DNA of 63,054 bases, the filler included, from Octopus bimaculoides (Eukaryota), in the NCBI RefSeq assembly GCF_001194135.2. It is 7 parts of 7 records of this genome, joined end to end, with 100 filler letters (N's around TTAATTAATTAA, not from the genome) between each part and the next. Parts side by side here need not be neighbours in the genome. Positions count along the whole stretch, not along the records: positions 43,775 to 54,915 come from NC_069008.1; positions 55,016 to 61,400 come from NC_068996.1; positions 61,501 to 63,054 come from NW_026404347.1; 4 more parts are not named here. One strand, written 5' to 3'. Positions 51,609 to 63,054 of the stretch are shown here, piece after piece. The notes beneath the pieces are model-generated. The model was not told the DNA's origin and searched no databases. It worked only from the letters and a program-made list of their open reading frames with translations. Position numbers and translations under genes: made by a program. Each line of letters starts with the position of its first letter. Position 1 is the first letter of the stretch.

Positions 51609-52164
51609 CTGAAACACAAATATATACACATACGTATAGATATATATATATATATATAATGAAAAAGTTTAGCTTGATTACTGTCGATTCTTTCAAGAGA
51701 AATTTTTCTGCAGACTAACTTTATTATTTTTACAAATATAGTATTCTGAATTTACCTAAAAATAAATGTTTTATTCCTATATATATATATATATACATAC
51801 AAAGTNNNNNNNNNNNNNNNNNNNNNNNNNNNNNNNNNNNNNNNNNNNNNNNNNNNNNNNNNNNNNNNNNNNNNNNNNNNNNNNNNNNNNNNNNNNNNNN
51901 NNNNNNNNNNNNNNNNNNNNNNNNNNNNNNNNNNNNNNNNNNNNNNNNNNNNNNNNNNNNNNNNNNNNNNNNNNNNNNNNNNNNNNNNNNNNNNNNNNNN
52001 NNNNNNNNNNNNNNNNNNNNNNNNNNNNNNNNNNNNNNNNNNNNNNNNNNNNNNNNNNNNNNNNNNNNNNNNNNNNNNNNNNNNNNNNNNNNNNNNNNNN
52101 NNNNNNNNNNNNNNNNNNNNNNNNNNNNNNNNNNNNNNNNNNNNNNNNNNNNNNNTATATATAT

Positions 52165-52201
<37 letters not shown>

Positions 52202-53026
52202 TGATACCTTGAATTATGGAAGTCACTAAAATGTAAGACTATTGAATTAACGAACATTCTTCCTTTTTCCTTTCCCTTCCTTCTAATTATCTTTGCCATA
52301 TAATCGTTCTGAAGATGTTAATCAATTGTAACGAGGTAAATGCAAATTTACCCCATTTTGATAAATAGAAACAGCTGTAAACATACTCTCGTCTTAATTA
52401 AATAATGACTTTAAAACACCAATGAGCCACTTCTCATTGTTAATTATTGCTCCATTTCTTATTGTCTCTCTATATATTAAATCACGGTTTTACCTTTTAA
52501 ATTACCGACTACTGTATACCTTATAACAAGGGCCATACGTACTGAGGTAATACACCAGGAGTGCCTACAGATACATCTATCCTTTAGAGGGTTACATTAC
52601 CTCTAACACGTCTTACACTATATATCCCTTTACTAGTTTCAGTCACTGGACTGTGGTCATGCTGGAGCACCACCTTATATATCTTTCCAAATCCTGCTTT
52701 ATTTCACATGGAACTTTTGGTCCACCAAAGTCATCTTGGTTGAATAAATCAATCTACCTTTTTTGGTTGTAAATTTTAGCCAGAAAAATTCAATTCGAAT
52801 GCCAGAAAATACATTTTCCCATTTCCCAGAAAATTACGAAGAATCTGGATGGATTGAGATGCACCATTGTGTACTTTTGGCACTTTATTTTGCTGAGGTG
52901 CCAAATACTTGATGAACCCTGTAAATGCTATAGTGGTGGTCAATGTGGTTGTCTGTCAGTGCTTAGTTACAACGATGCGTAACTGTTATGAAATGCGTTA
53001 AGGCACCAAAACCGAATGAAACTCAC

Positions 53027-53176
53027 CGTCGTCATCTGTGTGTAGTTTTCGTCTCATCTCTTCTAGTTTTTTCTGGTCCTTAGCGATGGACTTGTCTCTC
53101 TTTAGGGTCATCGTTTTTTCTTTCTCCTCTTCCGGCAGCTCACGTACCAAAGAGTATTCTTCATGATTTGTAATTC
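53027..53176 (-). CDS. TLN: Talin FERM F1 exon: (G)ITNHEEYSLVRELPEEEKEKTMTLKRDKSIAKDQKKLEEMRRKLHTDDD
   Basis: ttctttttctgcag|GAATTAC...GACGACG|gtgagt. 150 nt, phase 1 to 1. Cf. human TLN1 GITNHDEYSLVRELMEEKKEEGTGTLKKDKTLLRDEKKMEKLKQKLHTDDE. Confidence 0.95.
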
Positions 53177-53366
53177 CTGCAGAAAAAAGAACAAAAAAAG
53201 GACACCATAAGAAAAAGCAAAATGACAGAATGCAGGGACGAAAATGGAAAGAAGATAAAGATGATTATTCACTGAAACAAAATACACGCAGGGCTTAATG
53301 AGCGGGGCTTGTGGGACATGCTGGAAATAAATGCCAGATGCCCACCCCGTTAAAGTATGTTCTGCC

Positions 53367-54250
53367 TTAACCATTTGGAATCAACCGATTTGAATATGCC
53401 TCTTGTTCTGGGATACAAAGTGACTGAGACTAAAATCTTCCACCAAATAAAGATTTAGAAGCTTTGAGAGGTGTGAGATAGCTTCTTTTTAGTGATGAAA
53501 CTAAAAGGAGATGAAGCTACGAATAACAGCAGGTAAANNNNNNNNNNNNNNNNNNNNNNNNNNNNNNNNNNNNNNNNNNNNNNNNNNNNNNNNNNNNNNN
53601 NNNNNNNNNNNNNNNNNNNNNNNNNNNNNNNNNNNNNNNNNNNNNNNNNNNNNNNNNNNNNNNNNNNNNNNNNNNNNNNNNNNNNNNNNNNNNNNNNNNN
53701 NNNNNNNNNNNNNNNNNNNNNNNNNNNNNNNNNNNNNNNNNNNNNNNNNNNNNNNNNNNNNNNNNNNNNNNNNNNNNNNNNNNNNNNNNNNNNNNNNNNN
53801 NNNNNNNNNNNNNNNNNNNNNNNNNNNNNNNNNNNNNNNNNNNNNNNNNNNNNNNNNNNNNNNNNNNNNNNNNNNNNNNTTGATTAAATTCATCATTTTG
53901 AAAATAAATTAAAACAAAGGCAGGGGATTTCAACAGAAATATGGTAACAAAAGGGTTAAAGTGATCTTAACAGTCCATTAACAAAAGGGTTAAATAACAA
54001 CTTTATCTTTACTAGGGGTTAAACTGGGGTTAACCCTTTTGATACCAGTCCACCAGAGACCACCACTCCTGGTTCTATGATATAAATTTCCTATTTTAAC
54101 GTGATCTAAATTAAAAACTTCTATCAAAATCTTCATGATAATCTCAGTTCCAAATGACCAGATTAATGAGAAATTTATTTTACTGAATTCTTCGTTAGTT
54201 CTAAAATCAATTAAAACAAAAGGCTATGGATTTTAGCAGAAATAGGGTAA
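53367..54250. mobile_element. Cluster of piggyBac-like MITEs (TTAA-CCC / GGG-TTAA ends)
   Basis: ttaaccatttgg at 53367, aacaaaagggttaa ending at 53959 and about 53993, and ttaacccttttgatacc at 54030. Confidence 0.55.
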
Positions 54251-55015
54251 CAGAGACACAAAGCATACAAAAAAATGATACATTAGATAATGTCGCCCTA
54301 GATACACTATGACTGGATAAAAGATGGGATGGTCATGGTTGGAACATGTTTGATCCTAGGCCTGTTGGATCAGGGCTGACCTAAGGCTAAACAAGGAGGG
54401 ATACATTAAATAATGTAGCCTCAGATAGACTATGCCTGAATAAAAGATGGGATGGTCATGGTGAAGGCAGCCGTGATCATTTGTCTGCTGCTGCATCAGG
54501 GCTGACCTTGGGCTAAATAGTCTTGCAATAACCCACACACACAGACTGGGGGATAACACACACACACATACATACACAGCAACATACACTTGTACATACA
54601 TGTACACACACACACACAGAGTATTACAACCTCTTCCTTTTCCTCTCTTTACCAAATATCACCCTTGTGTATGTGTGTGGGTAGGGGATGAACAAAGAGG
54701 GGAGAGGGTGTGAGTGAAGGAAGAGCAGGGAAGGGGGTTGTAAAAAGTCAAGGGGGAGGGGGAAGAGAGAGAATGGGGAGTGAGTGAGGAAGAGAGGAAT
54801 AGTGAGAGAGAAGAAGAGAGGGGGGAGAGGGGAAAAGGAGGAAAAGAGACCCTCCACACACACAAGGATGGGGGAGGGAGAAGGAAGGGGGTGTAGAATT
54901 AGGAGTAGGAATCTGNNNNNNNNNNNNNNNNNNNNNNNNNNNNNNNNNNNNNNNNNNNNTTAATTAATTAANNNNNNNNNNNNNNNNNNNNNNNNNNNNN
55001 NNNNNNNNNNNNNNN

Positions 55016-55060
<45 letters not shown>

Positions 55061-55727
55061 ATATACCTGTACAATGGACCTATTTTCAGTTTCCGTCTAT
55101 CAAGTCTACTCATAAGCCATTGGTGTATAGTAGAAGACACTTGCCCATGGTGCCACGCAGTGGGACTGAACCCAATTCGACATGGCTGGGAAGTGAACCT
55201 CTTATCTACACACCCACGACTGCGCCTAAAGTTTGCTAAGCTATGCCAAACTTTCCTAAAATTCATTATATAACATTTGTTGTTGTTGTTGTTGTTGTTA
55301 TCCATATTCCAATGATGGTGTTTTGTTTATCAGAAACTCCTTACGGGAATAATTCAAGTAATTAAGAATGCAAAGTAGTAAAAGTGATAGAAAAACATAC
55401 ATATAAACGTTGAGGGGTGGTATTTAACAGACTATTTCTGTAATTACGTGAAACATGTATCAGTTTTTAAGAAAAAGTAATTATTTACTTACAGCGGTAT
55501 TGATTTACCTCCCGCGTTTATTTTTCTCTTAATATAATCATCCTCATCATCATAATCGTCGTCATCGTCGTCATATTCTTCAGTATAGTCATCATCGTTG
55601 TACGCATCCTCTTTTGCTCTCATCTTCGAAAACTTGATCATTTCTGCTGTTTCCTCTATTTGATCAATTGGTTTTATAGACTAACAATCCAACAGATGAA
55701 CGGTTGTATATGAACAGACAGAAGGAC

Positions 55728-55788
<61 letters not shown>

Positions 55789-56704
55789 CGTTGGCTGATT
55801 GATCGGGTAAAGTTAGAGATCGATCGACTGATTAAAATTCAGATAGTTATTTACATTTTGGAGAAAAAGTAATCTCTTTTCGAAACCTTTTTTCCCTTTG
55901 TTCTTAAATCTATTTCTTCAGATTTATCTTTTTTCAATAACTTTTACTTCCAATTTCTCTCTGCCTCTTACTCACTTTCTTTCTCCTCCTCCGTTCTCTC
56001 TATTCCTTCCTTCTCTCCTACTCTCTTTCTCTCTTTCTCACTATCTCGCTCTAACACACACTCTTTCAATACTTTTCTCTAGTTCTTTTCATCTCTTTTC
56101 TCTCACTCTCTCCCTGGCTGTCTCACCTTCTCTCATACATTCACTACTTTCTCTCCCTCTCTTTCTCTGTCTTTCTCAATCTCTTTGTCCTCTCTCTCGC
56201 TTTCACTCTCTCGCTCTCTCTCCTATATGTCTATTTCTAAAGGCTAAAAAATCCTATAAAATCAGTGAAACAGTGGACCAACAGACAGCAACCGCAATCG
56301 CCTTAAAATGTAATCTTGTAATAAAAAAATGTTCTTCAGCATCATTAGACTATTATTTTATTTTATTTATTTTTCCTTTATTTTTATTAATTCTTCAGAT
56401 AAAGCGTAAAAGGGCACTGCAGTTAGCTATTCTCTATATCTACACCTATCAGGTATATCTGTCTAAAAACAACAACGCCATATGCTACAGCTCAGCAGAA
56501 ACAATACTGAAAATCCTATTCTTGTAAACGGGCGTCGGTGGTGGTCGTACTGGAGCGTAGTTACTGATTAAGACTGAAATGTGTTCGAAATAGTTCAAAT
56601 ATGGAAGTATCTGCAAGTACGGCTTTGCGAAAGATTGCAAGCGAAATAGTAACGTCTTCCTTAACACCACCATCACCACCACCACCTCCAGTATCACTAC
56701 CAAC

Positions 56705-56735
<31 letters not shown>

Positions 56736-56830
56736 NNNNNNNNNNNNNNNNNNNNNNNNNNNNNNNNNNNNNNNNNNNNNNNNNNNNNNNNNNNNNNNNN
56801 NNNNNNNNNNNNNNNNNNNNNNNNNNNNNN

Positions 56831-56868
<38 letters not shown>

Positions 56869-57009
56869 ATCATACATAGTCATAAACGTAATATAGTCTC
56901 ATATAAATATCATAAATACGTATGTATCGATACATTATATGAAACATTCCAAGGCGGTCCCCAACACAGCCGCAGTCCAAGGAATGAAACAAAAGGCAAA
57001 AGATATATA

Positions 57010-58282
57010 TTGGGTCATTCCATAAATAATGCGGTTTCTTCAATTGCACGAATTAAAAGTCGGGAGGGGAATGAGATAAACTGCCTGCATCAATTTGCTA
57101 TAAATGCAAGTAGTAATTTTACCTTGTACTTATTCTTAATGCAAGTTTTGAAGAGTGCAGTTCGATTTTAACAGTTATTTTTTTCAAAGCTATAATGGAA
57201 GGGACAAAGGAGCATATTCGGCATATTTTGCTTTACGAGTTCAATAAAGGCAACAATGCAATGGAAAGTGCAAGGAATATTAAGGCAGTATATGGGAATC
57301 GGACAATAAGCCAGTGTCGACGGTGGTTCCAGAAATTCCGAGCCGGAAACTACAGCCTAGAAGACGAGCTTCGTCCTGAAAGATCTATAGAGTTTAATGA
57401 GGAAGTCCTGCAAACACTGGTGGAACATATTCCATCATAACTGTTGAGGAACTAATAGAGAAGCTTGGATTTGGTCATTCAACCATTCATTGACACCTGC
57501 GTGCCATTGGAAAAGTCAGCAAATTGGGTCAATAAGTTCCTAACAAACTTTCCGAGTCTAATCGCGCACAGACAGTGAATGTGCGCTCTTCTTTGCTGTC
57601 ACATCTCACAAATGAACCTTTTTGAGGGACCGAATAGTGACTAGTGGCGAGAAATGGGTTCTCTATAAAATTGTCAAGCGCCGAAGACAGTGGGTGGGGA
57701 AAGGAGAAACACTGACACCCCAGGCTAAAGAAGGTCTTCAACCACTTAAGTTGTTGTTATCAGTTTGGTGAGATATGAAAGGTTTGAACTTTTAAACCGA
57801 AACCAGACGATAACAAAGGAGATTTACTGCGAGCTGCTTGAACGTCTTAAGTCAGCTCTAGAAGAAAAACGACCATCTTCGCTTTTAAGACGAAAGGTGT
57901 TTTTCCATCAGGATAATGCTCGGCCACATACAGCGAGGATGACATTCCAACAGCTGGAGCTGTTTGAATGGAAAACGATGTCTCACCCATCATATTCGAC
58001 GGACATTTCCCCCCTCTCATTATCATTTATTCCGCAACCCTTCAAAATCATTTGGACGGAAAAATGTGAAATCTTTAGAGGAGGTTATAACAGTGCTGGA
58101 GAAGTATTTTTCTTCAACAAGTGTATTTTGGAACAGGGGCCTTGCAAGTCTATCACAGAGATGGAAGAGCATTGTAGAAAATGAAAGAGAGTATATTTTA
58201 GATTTTAAAAAGTATTTTGATTATCTTAATTCTGACAAATAAAAGAAGCATAAAAAAACGCATTATTTATGAGATGACTCAA
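57010..58282 (+). mobile_element. Full-length, inactivated mariner element (about 1.27 kb)
   Basis: TA flanks. TIRs ttgggtcattccataaataatgcg / cgcattatttatgagatgactcaa. Transposase from ATG 57195 (MEGTKEHIRHILLYEFNKG...RWFQKFRAG), then DRIVTSGEKWVLY, QDNARPHTA and HPSYSTDISPSHYHLF, with stops and frameshifts. Confidence 0.92.
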
Positions 58283-59093
58283 TATTTTCTGGCATAAAAA
58301 GGCGCACATTTTTTCCCCAAAATTCCCCCACCTCACCCCTCAAAACTCCCCTGTAGCTTATAGGCTGAAGGTCAGGCTTTAGATAGACTTGGCTAGTGTT
58401 ATTGACGATGGACAGTACAGGTGACGGTGGAGGTCAGTGGGGATATTTGGTAGTTTTAAGGGAAGTATTGTAACAGACTATCACAATAGCTTACAAAAGG
58501 GCGTAAGTCTAAAGTTTCCTCTACATGAAAATGTATAAGATATTCAGCTTGGAAATAATTACTCAACAAGGGGGATCTTACCTTATATATACATATACAC
58601 ACACCAGAGTAAGCACATAAATGTGAAACAAGGTGAGGAAAAAGAGTACTCGAATACCGGAGGTAGAGTAATATGCTTTATTATTAAAGCTTCAAAAACA
58701 TGACAAAAATATCACAAAAAACTACTACTCAGAGTTTCATGTTCCCCTTCGTCGGACAGTCGTGGTTAAGAATGAAAAGTAAGGTAATACTTATATATAT
58801 ATATATATACGACGAGCTTCTTTCAGTTTCCGTTTATCAAATCCACTCACAAGGCTTTCGTCGGCCCGAGGCTATAATAGAAGACACTTGCCCAAGGTGC
58901 CATGCAGTGGGACTGAACCCTGAACCATGTGGTTAAGAAACAAGCTTCTTACCACATACCCACTCCTGCACCTTATACACACACACATTGTCCGTATATT
59001 TGTGTCCACTGTATTATGCATATCTTCTATTTCATGATATAGCCCTCTGTTTTCTCTTTTACTTCTTTTTCGCAGATATTTAAACAAGTTAGA

Positions 59094-59993
59094 ATGCATG
59101 ACTTATGTGATGTCCAAAGAAAAAGAGTTGTTGAAGCACTGATGGCTGGAACTTCAATCACTAAAACTGATGAATTTTTGATGTTTCGAAAAGTATAGTC
59201 TCTAAACATCGTGTTAGTATTTCAGAACCAAGTTGAAACCATCTCTGGCAAGTATAATTCAGAGCGGAAGTCAAAACTCAAAGAGTGGGATCGCATAATA
59301 GTAAAACGCATTCTATCGAAAACCATCAAACTACGGTTGAAAAACTGATAGCAGAGCTAAAACACCACCTGTCAAACCCTGTATAACCAAAACTATTCTT
59401 CTTGAGCTCCATAAAGCAGGATAGCATGGGAGGTTGCACTTGCTAAACGTTTTCTGTCCCCTGTAAATATTGATAAACGGTGGTCTCTGCCTCAGTAGAA
59501 TAATATCGTCTCTGATTAATCCTCATTCACCAATTTTTCCATTTTGGAGCAAGTTTGTATCTGGATACAGCCTAAAGAAAACTTCAACCCTGACTGCAAG
59601 ATCTCTACTATGACGTATGGAGTGGGTACTGCTATGATTTGGGCTGCCATATCAAGGAATTCTCCTGACATTTTAGTTGTTCAACGTAGCAGTTTAATAA
59701 TAAAGTTTATCTCAGTATTTTGATTGACCGTGTCCACCTTGTGGTACAAACATTGCTCTCCGATGGCAACAGAATCCTGCAGGACTATAATGCACCGATT
59801 CACTTGGCTAATGTTTTTTTTTTAAATTGGTGCAGACAGCAGATAAGTGAAATGAGGAGCCACTTCCCTTTGCCATCGTCACTGAAAGTGTTAAAGCAAA
59901 GATTTACTAACAACTGTTCAGAACCTGTACAAGTAAATTCGTCAAAGTACTACAGCTGTGACTGATCCCGAAGGAGGACCAACTCCGTATTAG
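59094..59993 (+). pseudogene. Decayed Tc1-family transposase
   Basis: MHDLCDVQRKRVVEALMAGTSITKT, D*SSFTIF (cf. SDESSFTLF), GVGTAMIWAAIS, ILQDYNAPIHLA, terminal GGPTPY* at 59991-59993. Confidence 0.85.
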
Positions 59994-60059
59994 ATAATAC
60001 AACTTCCACTTCATAAAGTGTTTACATTATTTAATTTAAATCCTTTATATATAACTTGC

Positions 60060-60420
60060 TTTGAGGTTCTCGTTTCCTGTTCCTGAAGGTAAATCTCGAA
60101 GCGATTAAAGCTTTATAGCTTTAATAGTGTCTGAACATTAGGTTCAAAAGCTTTTGGGTAAGATAAGTCGAAGGCTACCAATGGGACTCGATCACACATT
60201 TCCTGTGAAGATGACAGGCGTTCTACCTTTGAACCAAAGAAATCTTTCGAATTTCTTTATTATTTTATAAACTTCATTCTTACCAACAAATGGTAGGTAT
60301 ACTCTGTTGATGTCATAAAATTTCGAAACTTCGAGAGAATGGGAAATAGTTATTTTTAGGAACAGTGAATCTTGAAGCAAATATTTGTTATTTGTTTCGA
60401 GATTCATCGTTCCTAAAAAG
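60060..60420 (-). mobile_element. Possible Penelope-like retroelement fragment
   Basis: VYLPFVGKNEVYKIIKKFER resembles the linker between Penelope RT and GIY-YIG. Penelope-type cgaaac/cttcatcag tail-like repeats also at about 58600-58760, 60860-60940 and 62846-62975. Confidence 0.35.
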
Positions 60421-61500
60421 AATTATTTCATGTTCATGAAGTTTCTAAATTACTATATATATATGTATGTGTGTATATATATATTATATAACTTGGTTTA
60501 AAAAGAGACAAAAATTTAGATAAATCATTCTATAGTTATGATTTACATCAACATAATAAATACATATAACACAAAATTACACCAAGACAAGGAACATATC
60601 AATATATTATTTGGAATAGAAATAAGAAATACATGAGGTAAAAATATACGTGGAAAGTATAAATAAATAAAGAGTGATACATCGATTAAAATCATATTAA
60701 ATTTAGGATGAAAAATGTTGCATTAAGAATTAAAAGTTTTAAGATACATCGACGGCAGTGAGAGATCTTAATGATGGATTTGAAAGTCAGAGAAATAATG
60801 AGAACAAACTTGTTTTAAGAAATGTTTATAGAGGATTATAGCACCATATGAGGTGTACGGCCGTTTCTGGAGTTCAATTGTCTACAAGGTATGAATCCTT
60901 TAATTTCACACTGACAATGTCCCCCTTCATCAGGAAATAAAGCAAATAGATAGCAAGGTTTGAAGAAATACAAGAAAATTTAAAGTTACATTATGTTGGT
61001 CGCCGGGTGCTGTGTCAGATACCGATCACTTTTTACAATAATTCATGCTGGAGGAATTTCAACCATGTTTCGTGGTCTGCTACCACAACAGCTCCTTTAT
61101 AGGATCCAGTTAGCTCAAGACATCATCAGGAGGAACCACGTCCGGTTTCGGCCCCTACTCCTCTACCGTTTTGACGTGGCGGAGCCACCTCCTTTCGGAG
61201 GTGTCTTCAGCTCTGGTGTTGGGTGCATGTCTTCTTTCACTGTTTGTGACTGTTCTAATTCAACTGTGGAATGTCCCTCGCTATGGTTATTTTCCAGGAG
61301 GTTCTGGCCACACGTCTTACGGTTCATCAACCCGCGTTGTTGAATTACTTTCTTCCGACATACCTTCCCTTGATGGATTTTTAGTGCAGGATGATGGAAG
61401 NNNNNNNNNNNNNNNNNNNNNNNNNNNNNNNNNNNNNNNNNNNNTTAATTAATTAANNNNNNNNNNNNNNNNNNNNNNNNNNNNNNNNNNNNNNNNNNNN

Positions 61501-61735
61501 GTTTTTGTTTCACTTTTGACACGTAATACTTAAATAGTGGAAGAGATATGTTGCCGTGTGCTCGACCTCTGCAAGAAGTTAAAAATTGTTTTTGACTAAA
61601 ACACAACTGGAACCCTATGTAAGGCATGTGTAAAATTTGAATGAAATTGGTTGCGTAGTTCTCGAGTTTTAGGGATTCACACAGAAAGACAGACAGACAG
61701 ACAGACACACATTCTCATTTTTATATATATAGAAG
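61501..61735 (+). mobile_element. Helentron/DINE-1-like non-autonomous element, 3' part
   Basis: aaaatttgaatgaaattggttgcgtagttctcgag...(GACA)n...ttttatatatatagaagat architecture. Confidence 0.5.
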
Positions 61736-61757
61736 ATATAGTTTTTGATGTTGGTAC

Positions 61758-61940
61758 ATTTTTCAGAATATTTGAGAACCACAGTATATTATTAGAGTAG
61801 AGTACATCTTGTTAGATTTATTGCGTTATTTCGCAATAATTAAATACATATTTAATTATTACGAGATAACGCAATAAATCTAACAATAAGATGGACTCTA
61901 CTTTAATAATGTACTGGTATTCTCAAATATTCTGAAAAAT
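61758..61940. repeat. 183-bp near-perfect palindrome with a 2-nt loop
   Basis: The left arm atttttcagaatatttgagaa...gttagatttattgcgttat...aataattaaata pairs with the right arm across the loop ca (61847-61848); about 88% identity by eye. Confidence 0.92.
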
Positions 61941-62179
61941 ATATCATATAAAATATCTACAAACGAAAACTATGAATTTTCCAAATTATATGATGGATTG
62001 GATTTACAACTTCTCAAAGGACAGTATATATTTTTAATATTTTTAAATATTTTAATTAACATCATCCTATAGCATATTTTATTATGTATACCATTCGTTT
62101 TCACATATATAATAATAACTTTATACTTCTGTGAAGAGCGGAATTATTGCCAACATGCTTGTCTATATTAGATTACATT

Positions 62180-62567
62180 TGCTGTTGTTGGCACTCCGTC
62201 GCTTACGACGTCGAGGGTTCCAGTTGATCCGATCAACAGAACAGCCTGCTCGTGAAATTAACGTGCAAGTGGCTGAGCACTCAACCGACACGTGTACCCT
62301 TAACGTAGTTCTCGGGGATATTCAGCGTGACACAGTGTGACAAGGCTGGCCCTTTAAATTACAGGCACAACAGAAACAGGAAGTAAGAGTGAGAGAAAGT
62401 TGTGGTGAAAGAGTACAGCAGGGTTCGCCACCATCCGCTGCCGGTGCCTCGTGGAGCTTTAGGCTTTTTCGCTCAATAAACACTTACAACGCCCGGTCTG
62501 GGAATCGAAACCGCGATACTATGACCGCGAGTCCGCTGCCCTAACCACTGGGCCATTGCGCCTCCAC
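62180..62567 (-). mobile_element. Full-length young tRNA-derived SINE with 13-bp TSD
   Basis: A-box tggcccagtgg and B-box ggtttcgattcc intact, CpGs retained, (CAA)-type tail, TSD attagattacatt at 62167-62179 and 62568-62580. Confidence 0.92.
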
Positions 62568-63054
62568 ATTAGATTACATTATAAAGGCAATAATATCCGC
62601 GAAACGATTGTAAGATGCATTTTAGACTTTCATAATATTTTAATCGAATTATATTTACACTCACTTACGCATATATTTTTATATACATTTATATTTTGTA
62701 TATTTTAAAATTTTAGTTATAATTCAAAATGATTATTGTGTCATATAAAGCATACATCTTTCGGAAATTCGAATATTGACTTCCTGAGAATATTGTTAAT
62801 AATTTTATTAATAATATAAATATATATATATGGGAGAATGTACGAAAAAACAACAACAGACGAGGACAGGTGGTGTAAATAGCAAAAGGATGTATTAGTA
62901 TGACACTCGGGACTACGGAAAGTCTTTGACATTTCGAGCTACGCTCTTCAACAGAAAGAATACGGAGAAAAAAATTGAATAGTGTTTCAACGGTCAATCA
63001 TAATAATGGCTGACCGGAAGTTAGAAATTCTTTTTGCAGGAGAGCTAAGAAAAG

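Noticed and set aside
55493-55680. Minus-strand 62-codon acidic exon-like frame (SIKPIDQIEETAEM...DDDDY...) with AG/GTAAGT ends, as a talin cassette exon
   Set aside because: The open frame is phase 0 to 2, incompatible with the phase-1 intron preceding the F1 exon. The acidic content comes from a decayed (GAT)n, and it lies across an assembly join.
1240-56879. Dozens of long ORFs in the track (YIYI, CVCV, HTHT, SLSL, poly-M/D/H/V)
   Set aside because: They are translations of microsatellites and N runs, with no protein-like content.
62490-62567. tRNA gene
   Set aside because: The A/B boxes belong to a SINE head followed by SINE body, tail and TSD; the same applies to the other tRNA-like heads in the window.

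Overview
AT-rich, microsatellite-saturated animal genomic DNA with many N gaps. The SINE, RTE and MITE families resemble those I recall from Octopus (coleoid cephalopod); this species call is an inference. Nearly all ORFs in the supplied track are artefacts of simple repeats and gaps. I can support only four coding exons, all on the minus strand. One is the first coding exon of a histidine decarboxylase (MDFEEYRLR-G, 5254-5281). The other three are talin FERM-head exons (53027-53176, 51481-51608, 50029-50092); one intervening talin exon is missing and probably lies in a gap. The rest is decayed transposons (RTE and Tx1-like LINEs, hAT, Helitron, two mariners, a Tc1, piggyBac-like and other MITEs, tRNA-derived SINEs) plus mini- and microsatellites. 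Six identical 100-bp spacers (44N+TTAATTAATTAA+44N) split the window into seven pieces of uncertain order and orientation, so linkage between HDC and talin cannot be trusted. I found no convincing new multi-gene system. The best second-look items are: a TIR-bearing MITE sitting in a 12-bp-TSD, A-tailed insertion inside a hAT fossil; a G-quadruplex-prone 16-bp VNTR born from RTE coding sequence; a 183-bp near-perfect palindrome; a possible heterozygous RTE insertion; and the missing downstream talin exons.
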